From Cyanophora paradoxa CCMP329 (lineage: Eukaryota > Plantae > Glaucophyta), in assembly GCA_004431415.1 (NCBI GenBank), contig QPMI01000603.1:124001-188000 (forward strand): a DNA stretch of 64,000 bases. The letters run 5' to 3'. This document shows, one piece after another, positions 11,650 to 22,087 of the stretch. The notes under the pieces were generated by a model, which made no database searches, had not been told where the DNA came from, and saw only the letters and a list, made by a program, of their open reading frames with translations. A program made the translations under genes and the position numbers. Every line of letters begins with the position of its first letter. The first letter of the stretch is position 1.

Positions 11650-14600
11650 TTATGCATCGTTGAAGTCGAGGGCGACCTCCTCGACGCTGGTCCGGATCGC
11701 CTGTACGAACAGCTGCCGCCGCTCCTCCTCGCCCCCCACGGCAGGCGACGGCACCCCCGGGATCTGCACCTGCTCCGATCTTTAGCTATAGCCAGCGCAC
11801 GCTGGAGCAATATTAATGGCGGATCGGACCTCGTCGAAGCAGGTGCGGAAGGCGAGGCCCCACTCCTTGTCAGACCAGGGCACCAGGATGGTCTCCTTGC
11901 GTTTGCGGCCGGCATCCGTGGCTGTGTATGTCTTAGGGGTGATGTTGAGCTTACTGCCGGGAAAGACGAGATTTCAGAGTCAGCTCCGCGATCCGGGATG
12001 CAAATTAAAACCATTGCGGCTTCAGCAAACCGTTCCAGTTTTCCGCTTGCGGGAGCAGAGGCTCGGCCTATCAATATCGCACAAAATAACTCATGATCAG
12101 CAGTGTGCACATTCAGCGTTTGAAGCCAGCAGAAGATTAAAATCAAAGCACCGATGCAGCGTGCAAACTGCGACGGGTCCACAGCGCCCTTCCGGAACGC
12201 ATCGAAGAGCCAACGCTCCACCAAAGCACGATCCTGACGAGCCCAATTAGGCTGGGCTACAGGGGGTTCACCCCAGCACGGAGGAGGGGCCCGAGGGAGA
12301 GGGGGGGGGGGGGGGGGGGGGGGGTTTGAGCCGCTGAGCGCCGATATTAATCACCTCTTCGTATTGATGCCAGTCGCTATGGAATCGCAGCTGCGAGCGA
12401 AATGTGACAAATCAGAAACAAAGAAGAATGTCACTGAGAGAGAGATTTGCATGGTCACGTTGGAAATGAGGGTCTCGGCCGTCCAAGCCTGGCCTGTGCG
12501 CCGGCGAGATGCATATGAGCGTGCACGGGTGCCAGCTTCAGAATGCCACTCGCACCGCCGACGAGAGCAGCCCAGTCGTCAGCACCGAGCATCCCAATGG
12601 CATCCAGTGCGTCTTTCGCGCCGGCGGCTGCCTCAGGACCCTTCCTGCCTGCATCCGGCCTCGTAAAGACCCCCTGGAATCCCTCCTGTGCGAGCTGAGA
12701 GTCAAAACAAAGATGCAAAAATTTAAAAAATCAAAAAAGTTCTTGACGCCGACGTGCCCGCATTGCCTCCAGAAGTGGCCAACGGCAGCCAACGCACTGC
12801 CACTGTGCTGCAAGCCGAACCAGGTCCCGCTTGTTCGCTTCAGTGAGCTGCAGGTGCAGTGGTGACCACGAGCTACAGTTAAGTGACATGTACATTGATA
12901 TCCAAGGCGCACTTCTTCTCCTTTGAACATGGGGCACCCCTGAAGGTACGGATCCATTGGCACGGGTGCGTCGGACGAAACCTGTTGGCCACATTGACAA
13001 CGACCCACAACGCAGATGCATTAATACACACTAATCATGACAATGCTAGTTGCAATTGACAGCAAATAATTATATAACACATTATAATATTTAAGTTTAT
13101 CCGTACCGGCTCGTTGAGGATTCGTATCATCGAGGCGTGGACTTGCTGTGGTGATGGACACGTACGACGTAATTATAATTAGAAATAATTATAAGTTACA
13201 AGCGGTGGGAACAGAAAGCGAGCACTCACAGGGTGGAGGAAAGGCTCCCAGAGCACCAATGCCTCTTCTAGAGAGCTGCAATTTCCCGGCTGTGCGCGTA
13301 TGGTCAAAATAATGGGGAAAGCAAATTCAAGAAGTTAAGTTCGCACCTCCCTTCCCGCCAGCATCGGCAGCATGGGAACGAACAAGACGGGAATGGCTTC
13401 CGTGCCGTCGAGGTCCAGAAGCCGCTCGAGCAGCGCTTAGAATGCGTCAGTACAAACTTGATCATCGTATGCATATACACACCTCGGCCAATGACAGAAC
13501 CGATGAACCGGTACTTAGACAGCACTCCTGTGTCTGCAAGCTGCGTCTGCGTTGGCAACTGCAGCCTGCTGCTCCGACGTGCAAGTTCGCTGTCCCCGTG
13601 CCGTTGCCTCCATCTGCGGTTGCAGCTGCGTGCGCTCCACCCGACTACGCTTCACATTTTGTGGTGCATTGACGTCGCTGTGGCTGATGCTCTCGTCCTC
13701 AGAGTCAAGGAAGATCACGCACTTGCTGGGCCGTTGCAGCGAGGCAGGCGCAGCTGTAGCCGGCGGTAGCACGCCTTTTGCGCCATGCATAGGCTCCTCC
13801 ACTAGCCTTGTCTGCAACAGCTCTTCGAAGAACTGCTCGACCATGCATATGGCCATGAGTACCGGTGTCACCGGTTCGAAAATTCGCACGGACGCTAGCT
13901 ATGGGGCGCGCACCAACGCGAAGAACTCACGAGAGGGCCCTTTGCGATCCCTCGCCCAATCCATCGAAATCTTGAGAGGAATGTTTGGCTGACGCAGCCG
14001 ATCAACAATATTCTGTTCTAGGCAGGACTGAAAAGCGGATTCGACAACAGCGCCACGATCGATCTGCAAGGTTTGACCATGAGCTCAAGCATGCATTAAT
14101 TGGTCTCAGTTCAACAAAGACTCGAATTACGTATTGATGCTCACTTTGATAACGATGGGTTTTGCTGTTTTGAAGCTCGATGCTCGGAGCTGCGCATGCG
14201 TTAATGCCAGTGAATATTAGCCTCGAGCGAACAAAGCCTTGAAGTTAATGCCAGTGAATATTCTTTAGCTATATATAGCCAAAGTGAACTACACTAACCT
14301 GTTTCGCGATTGCGCAGACCAGACGGCAACTACTCAGGCGTTCAGTATATGCACACCAGTCGACACAATCGAGATCTGGGAATCCAGGGAACTCACGAAG
14401 TCTCACGAAGTGTGCGAATCTTGGCGCTGGTCTCATACTTGTCGGCCAACCGCTGTGTGCACACGGTAGCCGTGGCCGGCAATGTGGATCCGGACGGCCC
14501 CGCAAGTGTCCGCTTCTCCTTCTCCAGATCTGACGTGGACTGGCCGGGCATGGGGCCCGGCATCCCTGGGTACATGCCCTGCATCATGGCCATCTGCTGC

Positions 14601-14728
14601 TGCTGCGCCTGCATGTGCTGCGCCTGCGCCTGCTGCTGCTGCATCGCGTACGCTGTTTTAGGAGGTTTTATACGTCCCAGTAGACCTTAGCAACCTTCCC
14701 GTAGCGTACCAGCAGCAGGCGAGCAGGC
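11650..14728 (-). pseudogene. Multi-exon gene of unknown function, 5' end cut off by the gypsy LTR, probably decaying
   Basis: A series of GT-AG-bounded exons: AYAMQQQQ...TSDLEKEKR; ALLERLLDLDGTEAIPVLFVPMLPMLAGRE (~13435-13347); PGNCSSLEEALVLWEPFLHP; QVHASMIRILNEP; VSSDAPVPMDPYLQGCPMFKGEE; EGFQGVF...; and a last exon VQIPG...VALDFNDA-stop. There is an in-frame TGA at 12840-12842. Introns are more AT-rich than in the neighbouring genes. Not every exon junction could be resolved. Confidence 0.45.
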
Positions 14729-14951
14729 TGTCACGTTGCAAGAGAAAGCTGCTAATCACAGACTACTGTGTACCCTAGGACACGGCTACCGGAAAGTATC
14801 AAGCTAGAGTCAGAAAAAGTAGCTAGGGTCGCATCTTCGTACAGGGGTACAGTGACTCAGGAAATCGCGAGAAACCGCGGGTCAAGTCACGGTACTACTG
14901 CGAACGAAGTGCAAACGAAGCACTAACGGCTAGGAAACCCTATCGGCAACA
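14729..14951 (-). repeat. Probable 3' LTR of the gypsy element (223 bp)
   Basis: The minus strand reads TGTTGCC...CGTGACA (TG..CA), preceded by purine-rich GAGGACCTGGAGAGC downstream of the integrase stop. The partner LTR is not visible. Confidence 0.6.
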
Positions 14952-15159
14952 GCTCTCCAGGTCCTCACAGACGCTTCCACGCGGCTGGATCAGAAGAGAT
15001 GTAGAGCTGCGCATTTGGTTGAGGGCAAACCAGGCAGCGGTGATCAGCCGCTGACCCAGCGCCAAGAGAGAATTCCCGAAACTCGCAAGCCACATCCCAG
15101 TGAAGGGCACGTCATCGACAACGGAAGTGAATCCGGTAAACCGCAGTACGGGCCGTGAT

Positions 15160-16720
15160 TCAAGACTCGTCATCCGTCGTGTCATCATCGGAAAGTGAAT
15201 CGGGATCAACGGCAGGTGGCGGAGGCACGGGGACCTCATGATCGGGCGGCACAGGCACGGGGGCCTTGCGAGGGCGACCGGCTTTGCGGGGAGCGAGAAC
15301 ATTGGCAGGACGCTCGTGAAAAGCGATCATGAGATCAACGTGCATGAGAACCTCGCGCGAGCGATACACCAGTGAAGTGTCATCGCCTCGGACAGTGTAC
15401 AAAAGACCGTGAGAGTGAACCTCAGTGACAGTGTAAGGGCCAGTCCAACCATTGCGAGGCCCAGTGCGCTTGACGTTACTGGTCTTCGCGCTGATAATCC
15501 AGCACAACACTTTGTCACCAGGCTTGAAAACACGATGCGGCTCACGGCCAGTGCCATAGCGAAGCAACTTCTTGTTGTAAAGTTTGCGGTGTTCTCGGAC
15601 GGCAGAGATTTGGTCGCGGGCGGCTCGAGCGACCGACAAAGCGTAATCGTAGAGAGAAACGGGATCTTCGTGAGGTTCGCGCAGGGTGAGGTCGAGACGA
15701 AGATCGCCAGGCAACATCAATTCTCGTCCAAAGTGCAGAGCGGCGGGTGAAAAACCAGTGGCAGCGTGAATCGTGGTCCGGAGAGCGAAGAGCACGCGAT
15801 AATGATAGAAAGGCCAATGGGAATTGTCCTCCCCGTTCTCATCGCAAAGAGCATACACCAAGCGCTTGTAAATGCCACCAAGCCGCTCAGCACCGCCGTT
15901 CGTGGACTGGTGGGACGTGGGAGCGTAAATCAACCGAGTACCCTGGCGAGTCCAGAATTTGCCCCAGAGACTAGTAGGCGTGAAGACCTTGGCGTTATCC
16001 GTGAGATACCGCTTGCAAGGGCCGTGATTCGCGTACACAGTTTGTGCAGCCCACTCACAGGCACGACCATCAGCCTCCGTCAGCATCAAAATCTCAGGGT
16101 ACTTGGTAAAAGCGTCGACGTCAATGTGCACAAGTGTGAAACGGTGAAGTCGACCGTTCTCAGAGGGCGCCATAGGGAAGTGATCGGCTTGACGCAAGTC
16201 GCCAGGATGCTCAGACTCGATCACAGTGAATTGTGACTTCGGCTTCTTGTGAGCCTTGGCAAACTGACAGTGTCGGCACGTCTTCACGTAGCGATGGACA
16301 GCAGTCGTCATGCCGGCCACCAAAACCGTGAGGCGATGCGCCGAGCAACAATGGGGGCACCACGGTGAGCCCAGTCATCGTGGTAAGCGTGAACAATCTT
16401 CTCCCGCCACTCTGGGGTACAACGATCTGAGGCCGCATAGTGGGGAGCAAGGGCAACCGCAGTACGGTATCTTGCTCATCGATCGTGTACTGAGTAGCTT
16501 CACGAGCGAAGCGATCGCGTGCAGACTTGCAGAGAATGCAGCTCCCAAGCACCTCCGGGTCACGTTCACCAGCAGTGTAGTGGGAGTGACAGCGCGCCAG
16601 GTTCTCCTTCTCGCGAAGAAGTGCGAACACCATCTGGCAAAGAGGGTCACGAGCCTGAGCCATGATGACCGCGGTCCCATCGGAAACAAGTTCACGGATC
16701 GTCGGTGGCGGAGGAACGTC
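15160..16720 (-). CDS. Gypsy integrase domain of pol
   Basis: HHCC finger (HDDWAH...CRHC, with a frameshift near 16390), DDE core (QADHF, LTDNAKVF, NGGAERL), GPY motif WTGPYTV and C-terminal RKAGRPRK. Confidence 0.92.
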
Positions 16721-18139
16721 AACGAGGGGGCGGGGGCCCTCGCTCCAGGTGTCCATGACAACGGTGCCACGCGGCAAGCGAACGTGTGTCGGCTCATTCT
16801 GGGCGCCTTCACCTTCGTCCAGCGGGGCGATAGCGCTGCTAGAAGTGGGATCAGGTCGCGGACGACCGAGGTCACGTTCTTGCTGCAGGAAGTGCATGTA
16901 CTCTTCCTCGTCAGCAACGTCGAGATGCGACGGGGGCGCAATGGCATATCGAGACTGCCGTGAATTCTTGCCCTTGGGAGGCTTCACCCGCGGTACGGGG
17001 CATGCCTTGGCGTTCAGCGCCTTGCGGGATTGTCGCCGTCTGCGCCGCTCCTCCGGGGTTCGGTTCCGAACAGAGGGCAGGGGTACGAGCGCGTCGATCT
17101 CAGACGGGGTACGGCCCATCTCTGCCAGTTGGCGTCGCCGTTCGAGCGTCGTCGCCGTCCTTTCCCGCGAGGCTTCGTGCAGATCTCGGGCCGCACGCGA
17201 ACGTCTGTCGCGATCACTGGCGAGGCGGTCAGCGTAGTCCTTTTCAAGCCGTCGCTGGTATTGGCGCGGGACACTCCAAGCCGTGCTCCGTCTTGAGTTC
17301 GACGTTCCGTCGGACGCCGAGGACTGCGAAGATTGGCCGTCATCCGTGAGGGCCCGGCGTCGTGCCCGTTCCACAGAGTCGCGTAGCGTGCGGTCAGCTG
17401 CTTGACGATCGAAGCCTCGCAAAGATGGACGGGGTAGCGACGGCTCGCTCTCCTCGTCTGTACCCCCTCCCCCTCCTTTCGGTGACTGAGACCGAGGCCT
17501 CCGGGCCGAGCTCTCCCGTCCTCGAGCTTGAAGCCCGTCAGCGGAGCTCTCCTGTCCTCGAACTTGAAGTCGGCGGCGGCGACCCTCGGCCGGTAGCCAG
17601 GCCGCGCCGTCGAGTGTATGCTCGAGGTTCGTCACCCCGCGGCGTCGCCGTGCAGGAGGGGCCGTCGCGCCCGCCTCGTCTGCCGCTGCGGCCGGTGCAG
17701 GCGTGTCAACTTCCATGGGTACGACGTCGGGGGCAGAGAGGGCGCCGTTCTCGTGGAGCCGTTCCAGCGTGATCTGGGACTCCACGTCTTCCAGGCCGCC
17801 GTTCTCGACGATGTCACGCACTCGCTGAGTGTCGGGCGTCAACGACCTTGGACGTCGCCGTGAAGTCTGAGGGTCGTCGCGGTCTCGGCGCGGTGGCGCC
17901 GGGGCAAGGTGCTCGGGTCGCGTGGTGGCGCGGCGTCTATCCCCAGTAGGGATCCACGCCGGCCCGTCCAGAGTATGTTGCAGGGCCGAGGAGGTGCGGT
18001 GGATGGCGACGCGGTAGAGTTCGCGTGGATCGTCGTAGTCTCCCGCATCGGGCACACCGAACCCGTGAGCGCCGTCTGGTATCGAAGTCGTGATGTCAGT
18101 GCCGTCAGCGCCGCCAGGCTTGTACACTGCGTGCGTCTC

Positions 18140-19509
18140 CGCAAGGCGAGAGCAGCAGTCCGCAACGACGTTCGACCGCCCGTTGCGGTACTCGATAGTG
18201 TAGTTGTAGTGGTTGAGGGCGATGGCCGCGCGCCCAAGCGTCTTGTTGTTCGCCAGCTCCTGTGTCTTCAACCATTGCAACGCCGAATGATCCGTGCGGA
18301 TCGTGAACGGGTGGCCGCAGACGAAGTAGTGGTGCCAGACCTTAACCGCCAGAGTACCGCAATGCATTCGCCCTCCGTTGGTGATTGGTACTTGCGCTCC
18401 ATGTTTGTCAGAGTACGACTGATGAATGCGATCGGGCGCTCGCGGCCGTCCTTGTCCTCCTGCATGAGCACCGCTCCCATGGCCCGTTTGCTCCAGTCCG
18501 TGTAAATGATGAACGGCTTCGTGAAGTCGGGCAGCATCAGCACAATGTCCTCGCACATCGCCTTCTTGAGGTCGTCCAACGCAGCGAGAGCCTCGTCATT
18601 CCACACCAAGTTGAGCCGGTCGGCTCGTAGTGCGTCCGTGAGGAGGTCTCGCAGGGAAAGTTCCCGTCGCGCGTAACTCTGTACGAAGCGCCGGTAGAAG
18701 CCTGTGAGGCCGAGGAAACTGCGGAGTTGCTCGACAGTCTGGAGTTCGTTCGCCGTGATCTTGGAGATGATCTCAACCTTCTTGGGGTCCATGCGAATGC
18801 CGTCGCTGCTGACACGGAATCCGAGCAGCTCGACTTCCCGCACCATGAAACGACATTTGCTGGGCTTGAGTTTGAGGTTACCGCGGTCGATCGCAGCGAA
18901 GAAGGCCTCCAGGTCGAGAAGGTGTTGTTTGACGTTCGGCGAGTGGACCGTGAGGTCATCGACGTACGCCACGACGCAGGTGGACAAAAGGTTGCCCAAA
19001 ATTGACGTCACGGCTCGACAGAACGCCGCTGGGCCGTTCGTGATACCAAAAGGGGTCACTTTCCACCTGTACATTCCCCAGGGGACGATGAATGTCGTCA
19101 GGTCACGTGACTCCTCGTCGAGTTCCAACTGCCAGAAACCCGACGTTGCGTCGCCAGTCGAGAACGTGGACGCACCCTGTAGGCGCTCCAATTGGTCCTC
19201 AATGCGTGGCAACGGGAAGACATCACGTTCCGTGAGGGAATTGAGCTTCCTGTAGTCGACGCAGAATCGCATCGTGCCATCCTTCTTCGGTGCCAGCACC
19301 ACGGGGCTGCCGAAACCAGCTTGCGAAGGCTCGATGAGACCGTCGCGTAGCAGCTTCTCGATTTCCGCCTTCGCAGCCTTCTCCGCAGGCGGAGAGAGCC
19401 GGCGAGGGACGGTGTACAGCGGGAGGTGCTTGGCGGGGACGCCGGGCAGAAGTCGGATGCTGTGCTTGTACTTCAGGAGCTCGCGTGGATTGATGTTCTG
19501 GGTGAAGCA
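18140..19509 (-). CDS. Gypsy reverse transcriptase and RNase H domains of pol
   Basis: SPVVLAPKKDGTMRFCVDYRKLN, TPFGITNGP, YVDD, LRSFLGLTGFYRRFV, IYTDWSKRAMGAVL, FTIRTDHSAL and NVVADCCSR. One frameshift near 18360. Confidence 0.95.
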
Positions 19510-20014
19510 TTTACGCCTCGCTTCATTCGGAATCAGAGAAGCCTAGCTAGCCTAACTTGCCTACGACTATTCTAAAGGGATGCACGGTATAGCGCATCGG
19601 GAGTGGCCCTGAAGGTACGGCAGCTGGATGCTGCTTTCCCGAGACCTAACGTGGGGATAACACGTCGGCGACCGACCAGGGCGGGTCGCCTTATGCTCTT
19701 TCGGCCGCTTCCTTCCGGAGGCGGGTGAAAGCTTACCCCTGCTCCGGACCGGAGCGGCGGTAAGGCTGAGTAATCCCGTACCCGTGCGGCGGGTACCGGA
19801 TTCTCGTGGCCGAGGCGGAGGTTTTGGCGTACCCCTGAGCAGGGTACGCGTTCAGCTCGAGCCACGCCTGACGGGGCCTGGCGGGGCGAATGCTGTACCC
19901 CGGCGCGGGGTACGCGATTCTACCCGGGCCGGTAAGCGGTCCCGGGTACCGCCGCCGAGGCGCGGGGTGGCGATTGTGCGTGAAAACATCGCACGAGTGC
20001 TGTACCCCTACCAA
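19510..20014 (-). repeat. Split direct repeat B2 (~505 bp)
   Basis: Near-identical to 20432-20935. Confidence 0.95.
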
Positions 20015-20116
20015 GATTGCCAGAGTATTCTACGGATACTCGTAGCGCGTTGGAAAAGGATAGAGCCGTCGCATCCACAAACAGCCGATTGTGAAAACGC
20101 GGGGAGGAGGGCGGGA

Positions 20117-20431
20117 GCGATTTCGCTTCGCCGCTGGGTGCCTGGTCAAGCTGGCAACCAAGGACGAAGTTATGCCGAAGGGCAGCCGAAGGAATGGCCG
20201 TACCCCGGCCTTCGTTCGCCTCAGGGCGCGACCGAATCAAATTCTGAGTTCTCCCCGGAGTCGGTGCAGAACTCGAATTCTGCTATACCGTGCTCGAGGC
20301 CCGGACCCGTCGCTTAGGCCGGTCCGGTCGCTCGGTCCTTCTAGCTAAGGTAGGCAGTTGGCGCTCTGGCTTCTCTTCTATTCATTCCGTCGGCGCAAAA
20401 CTCGGTTTACGCTTAATTGCGCAAACCCCGA
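20117..20431 (-). repeat. Split direct repeat A2 (315 bp)
   Basis: Near-identical to 29709-30023 and, inverted, to 35296-35610. Confidence 0.95.
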
Positions 20432-20935
20432 TTTACGCCTCGCTTCATTTGGAATCAGAGAAGCCTAGCTAGCCTAACTTGCCTACGACTATTCTAAAGG
20501 GATGCACGGTATAGCGCATCGGGAGTGGCCCTGAAGGTACGGCAGCTGGATGCTGCTTTCCCGAGACCTAACGTGGGGATAACACGTCGGCGACCGACCA
20601 GGGCGGGTCGCCTTATGCTCTTTCGGCCGCTTCCTTCCGGAGGCGGGTGAAAGCTTACCCCTGCTCCGGACCGGAGCGGCGGTAAGGCTGAGTAATCCCG
20701 TACCCGTGCGGCGGGTACCGGATTCTCGTGGCCGAGGCGGAGGTTTTGGCGTACCCCTGAGCAGGGTACGCGTTCAGCTCGAGCCACGCCTGACGGGGCC
20801 TGGCGGGGCGAATGCTGTACCCCGGCGCGGGGTACGCGATTCTACCCGGGCCGGTAAGCGGTCCCGGGTACCGCCGCCGAGGCGCGGGGTGGCGATTGTG
20901 CGTGAAAACATCGCACGAGTGCTGTACCCTACCAA
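20432..20935 (-). repeat. Split direct repeat B1 (~504 bp)
   Basis: Near-identical to 19510-20014. It abuts A2, recreating the joined element ends (+ strand ACCCCGA|TTTACG). Confidence 0.95.
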
Positions 20936-21118
20936 ACAAGAGTCAGGTCACAGCCAGTTGAAAGAGCGTCGGGAAGGTCTCTGAGGGTGCCGCGCAGACC
21001 AAGCGGGTTCGAAGAGACAAAATTGTATTATAAAGAGTCAGGGCTACAATGGTGTCACACTCCTAGTGAACATTATGTAGGGCCGGCCGCGGGTGAGAGA
21101 GGCGCCGGCGGCGCCGGC

Positions 21119-22087
21119 TCAAAAGCCGAGGTCGGCCAGGTCGGAGGACAGATGAAAGAGGTAGTCCTCAATATATCCTTGGGGCACGGAAGAGTACAGT
21201 GCCCAGCGGCCATGCCGTCGGATCCAAGTGGCCGGGAGGCCCCGGCGGGCCGCGGCCGTCGCGCCACCGCGGCGCAAGCTGTGGCCCGAGAAGTCGGTCG
21301 GGTCGTAGCCGATGGCCTCCGCGGCCTCTTTCACGAGGCGGCGGACGAAACCAACGGTGATGGCCGCGGCGGGATCGGAGAGGCGGGGGAAGAGGGGGGT
21401 CCCGGGCGCCGCCTGCACCGCCGTGCTCGCGACGTACGCGCACAGCAGGCGGACGGGGCACGAGGCGGGGCATTTGCCCGGGTGAGGTAAACCACCGCGC
21501 CGTGGGCGGTCCTGTCGGTTTTGGAGCGCCGGATGTGGAGGGCGATGCGGGGGAAGGGAGGAGTGAGAATTCGAGGTCGTCGACCCGCAGCGCCACCAGC
21601 TCCGCTCCCCGGAGGAAGCCCGCGATGCCGGTCGCGAGGACGGTGGCGTCGCGGAGGCGCCGGGGAGGGGCGCGTGACAGGAACGATGGGGTGGTCAACC
21701 ACGCGCGCAGGTCGCCGGGCAAGAAGGCGCGGCGTTGCGCTACGGGGCGGCCCAGGCGGGCCTGCATGCCTCTCCATGCGGTCGAGTACATGAACGAGCG
21801 GGGTCTGGTGGGGTCGACGAGGCCGCGAAGTTTGAGTTCGCGCCACACGTGGGCGGCGAGGCCTTTAACGGTGCTCGCCGCGAGGTCTTTTCCGGAATGG
21901 CGGCGTCGCTGGGTGGCCGCGTCGGCCAGGAAGAGGAGGATGGACCGTTCTGCGTCCGGCGCGAGGCCGTGGCACTCGACGAACTCGAAGTAGCGGCGGG
22001 CCGCCCGCCGTTGGCCCGCTGACGTGCCGGGGGCGAAGGCCGCCCCCTGCCAGGCCGCGAGCTCCGCCTCCGCGGGCGCCGGGGTTA
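21119..22087 (-). CDS. Tyrosine recombinase of the YR retrotransposon
   Basis: Catalytic set FLRGAEL (R), RRSKTDR (K), SGHSLRRGG (HxxR), HGRW and PQGYI (Y). Indel frameshifts near 21560 and 21420. No ATG ahead of the N-terminal domain. Confidence 0.9.

Noticed and set aside
12301-12324. Poly-G tract (another at ~1714-1733)
   Set aside because: Simple homopolymers with no supporting structure.
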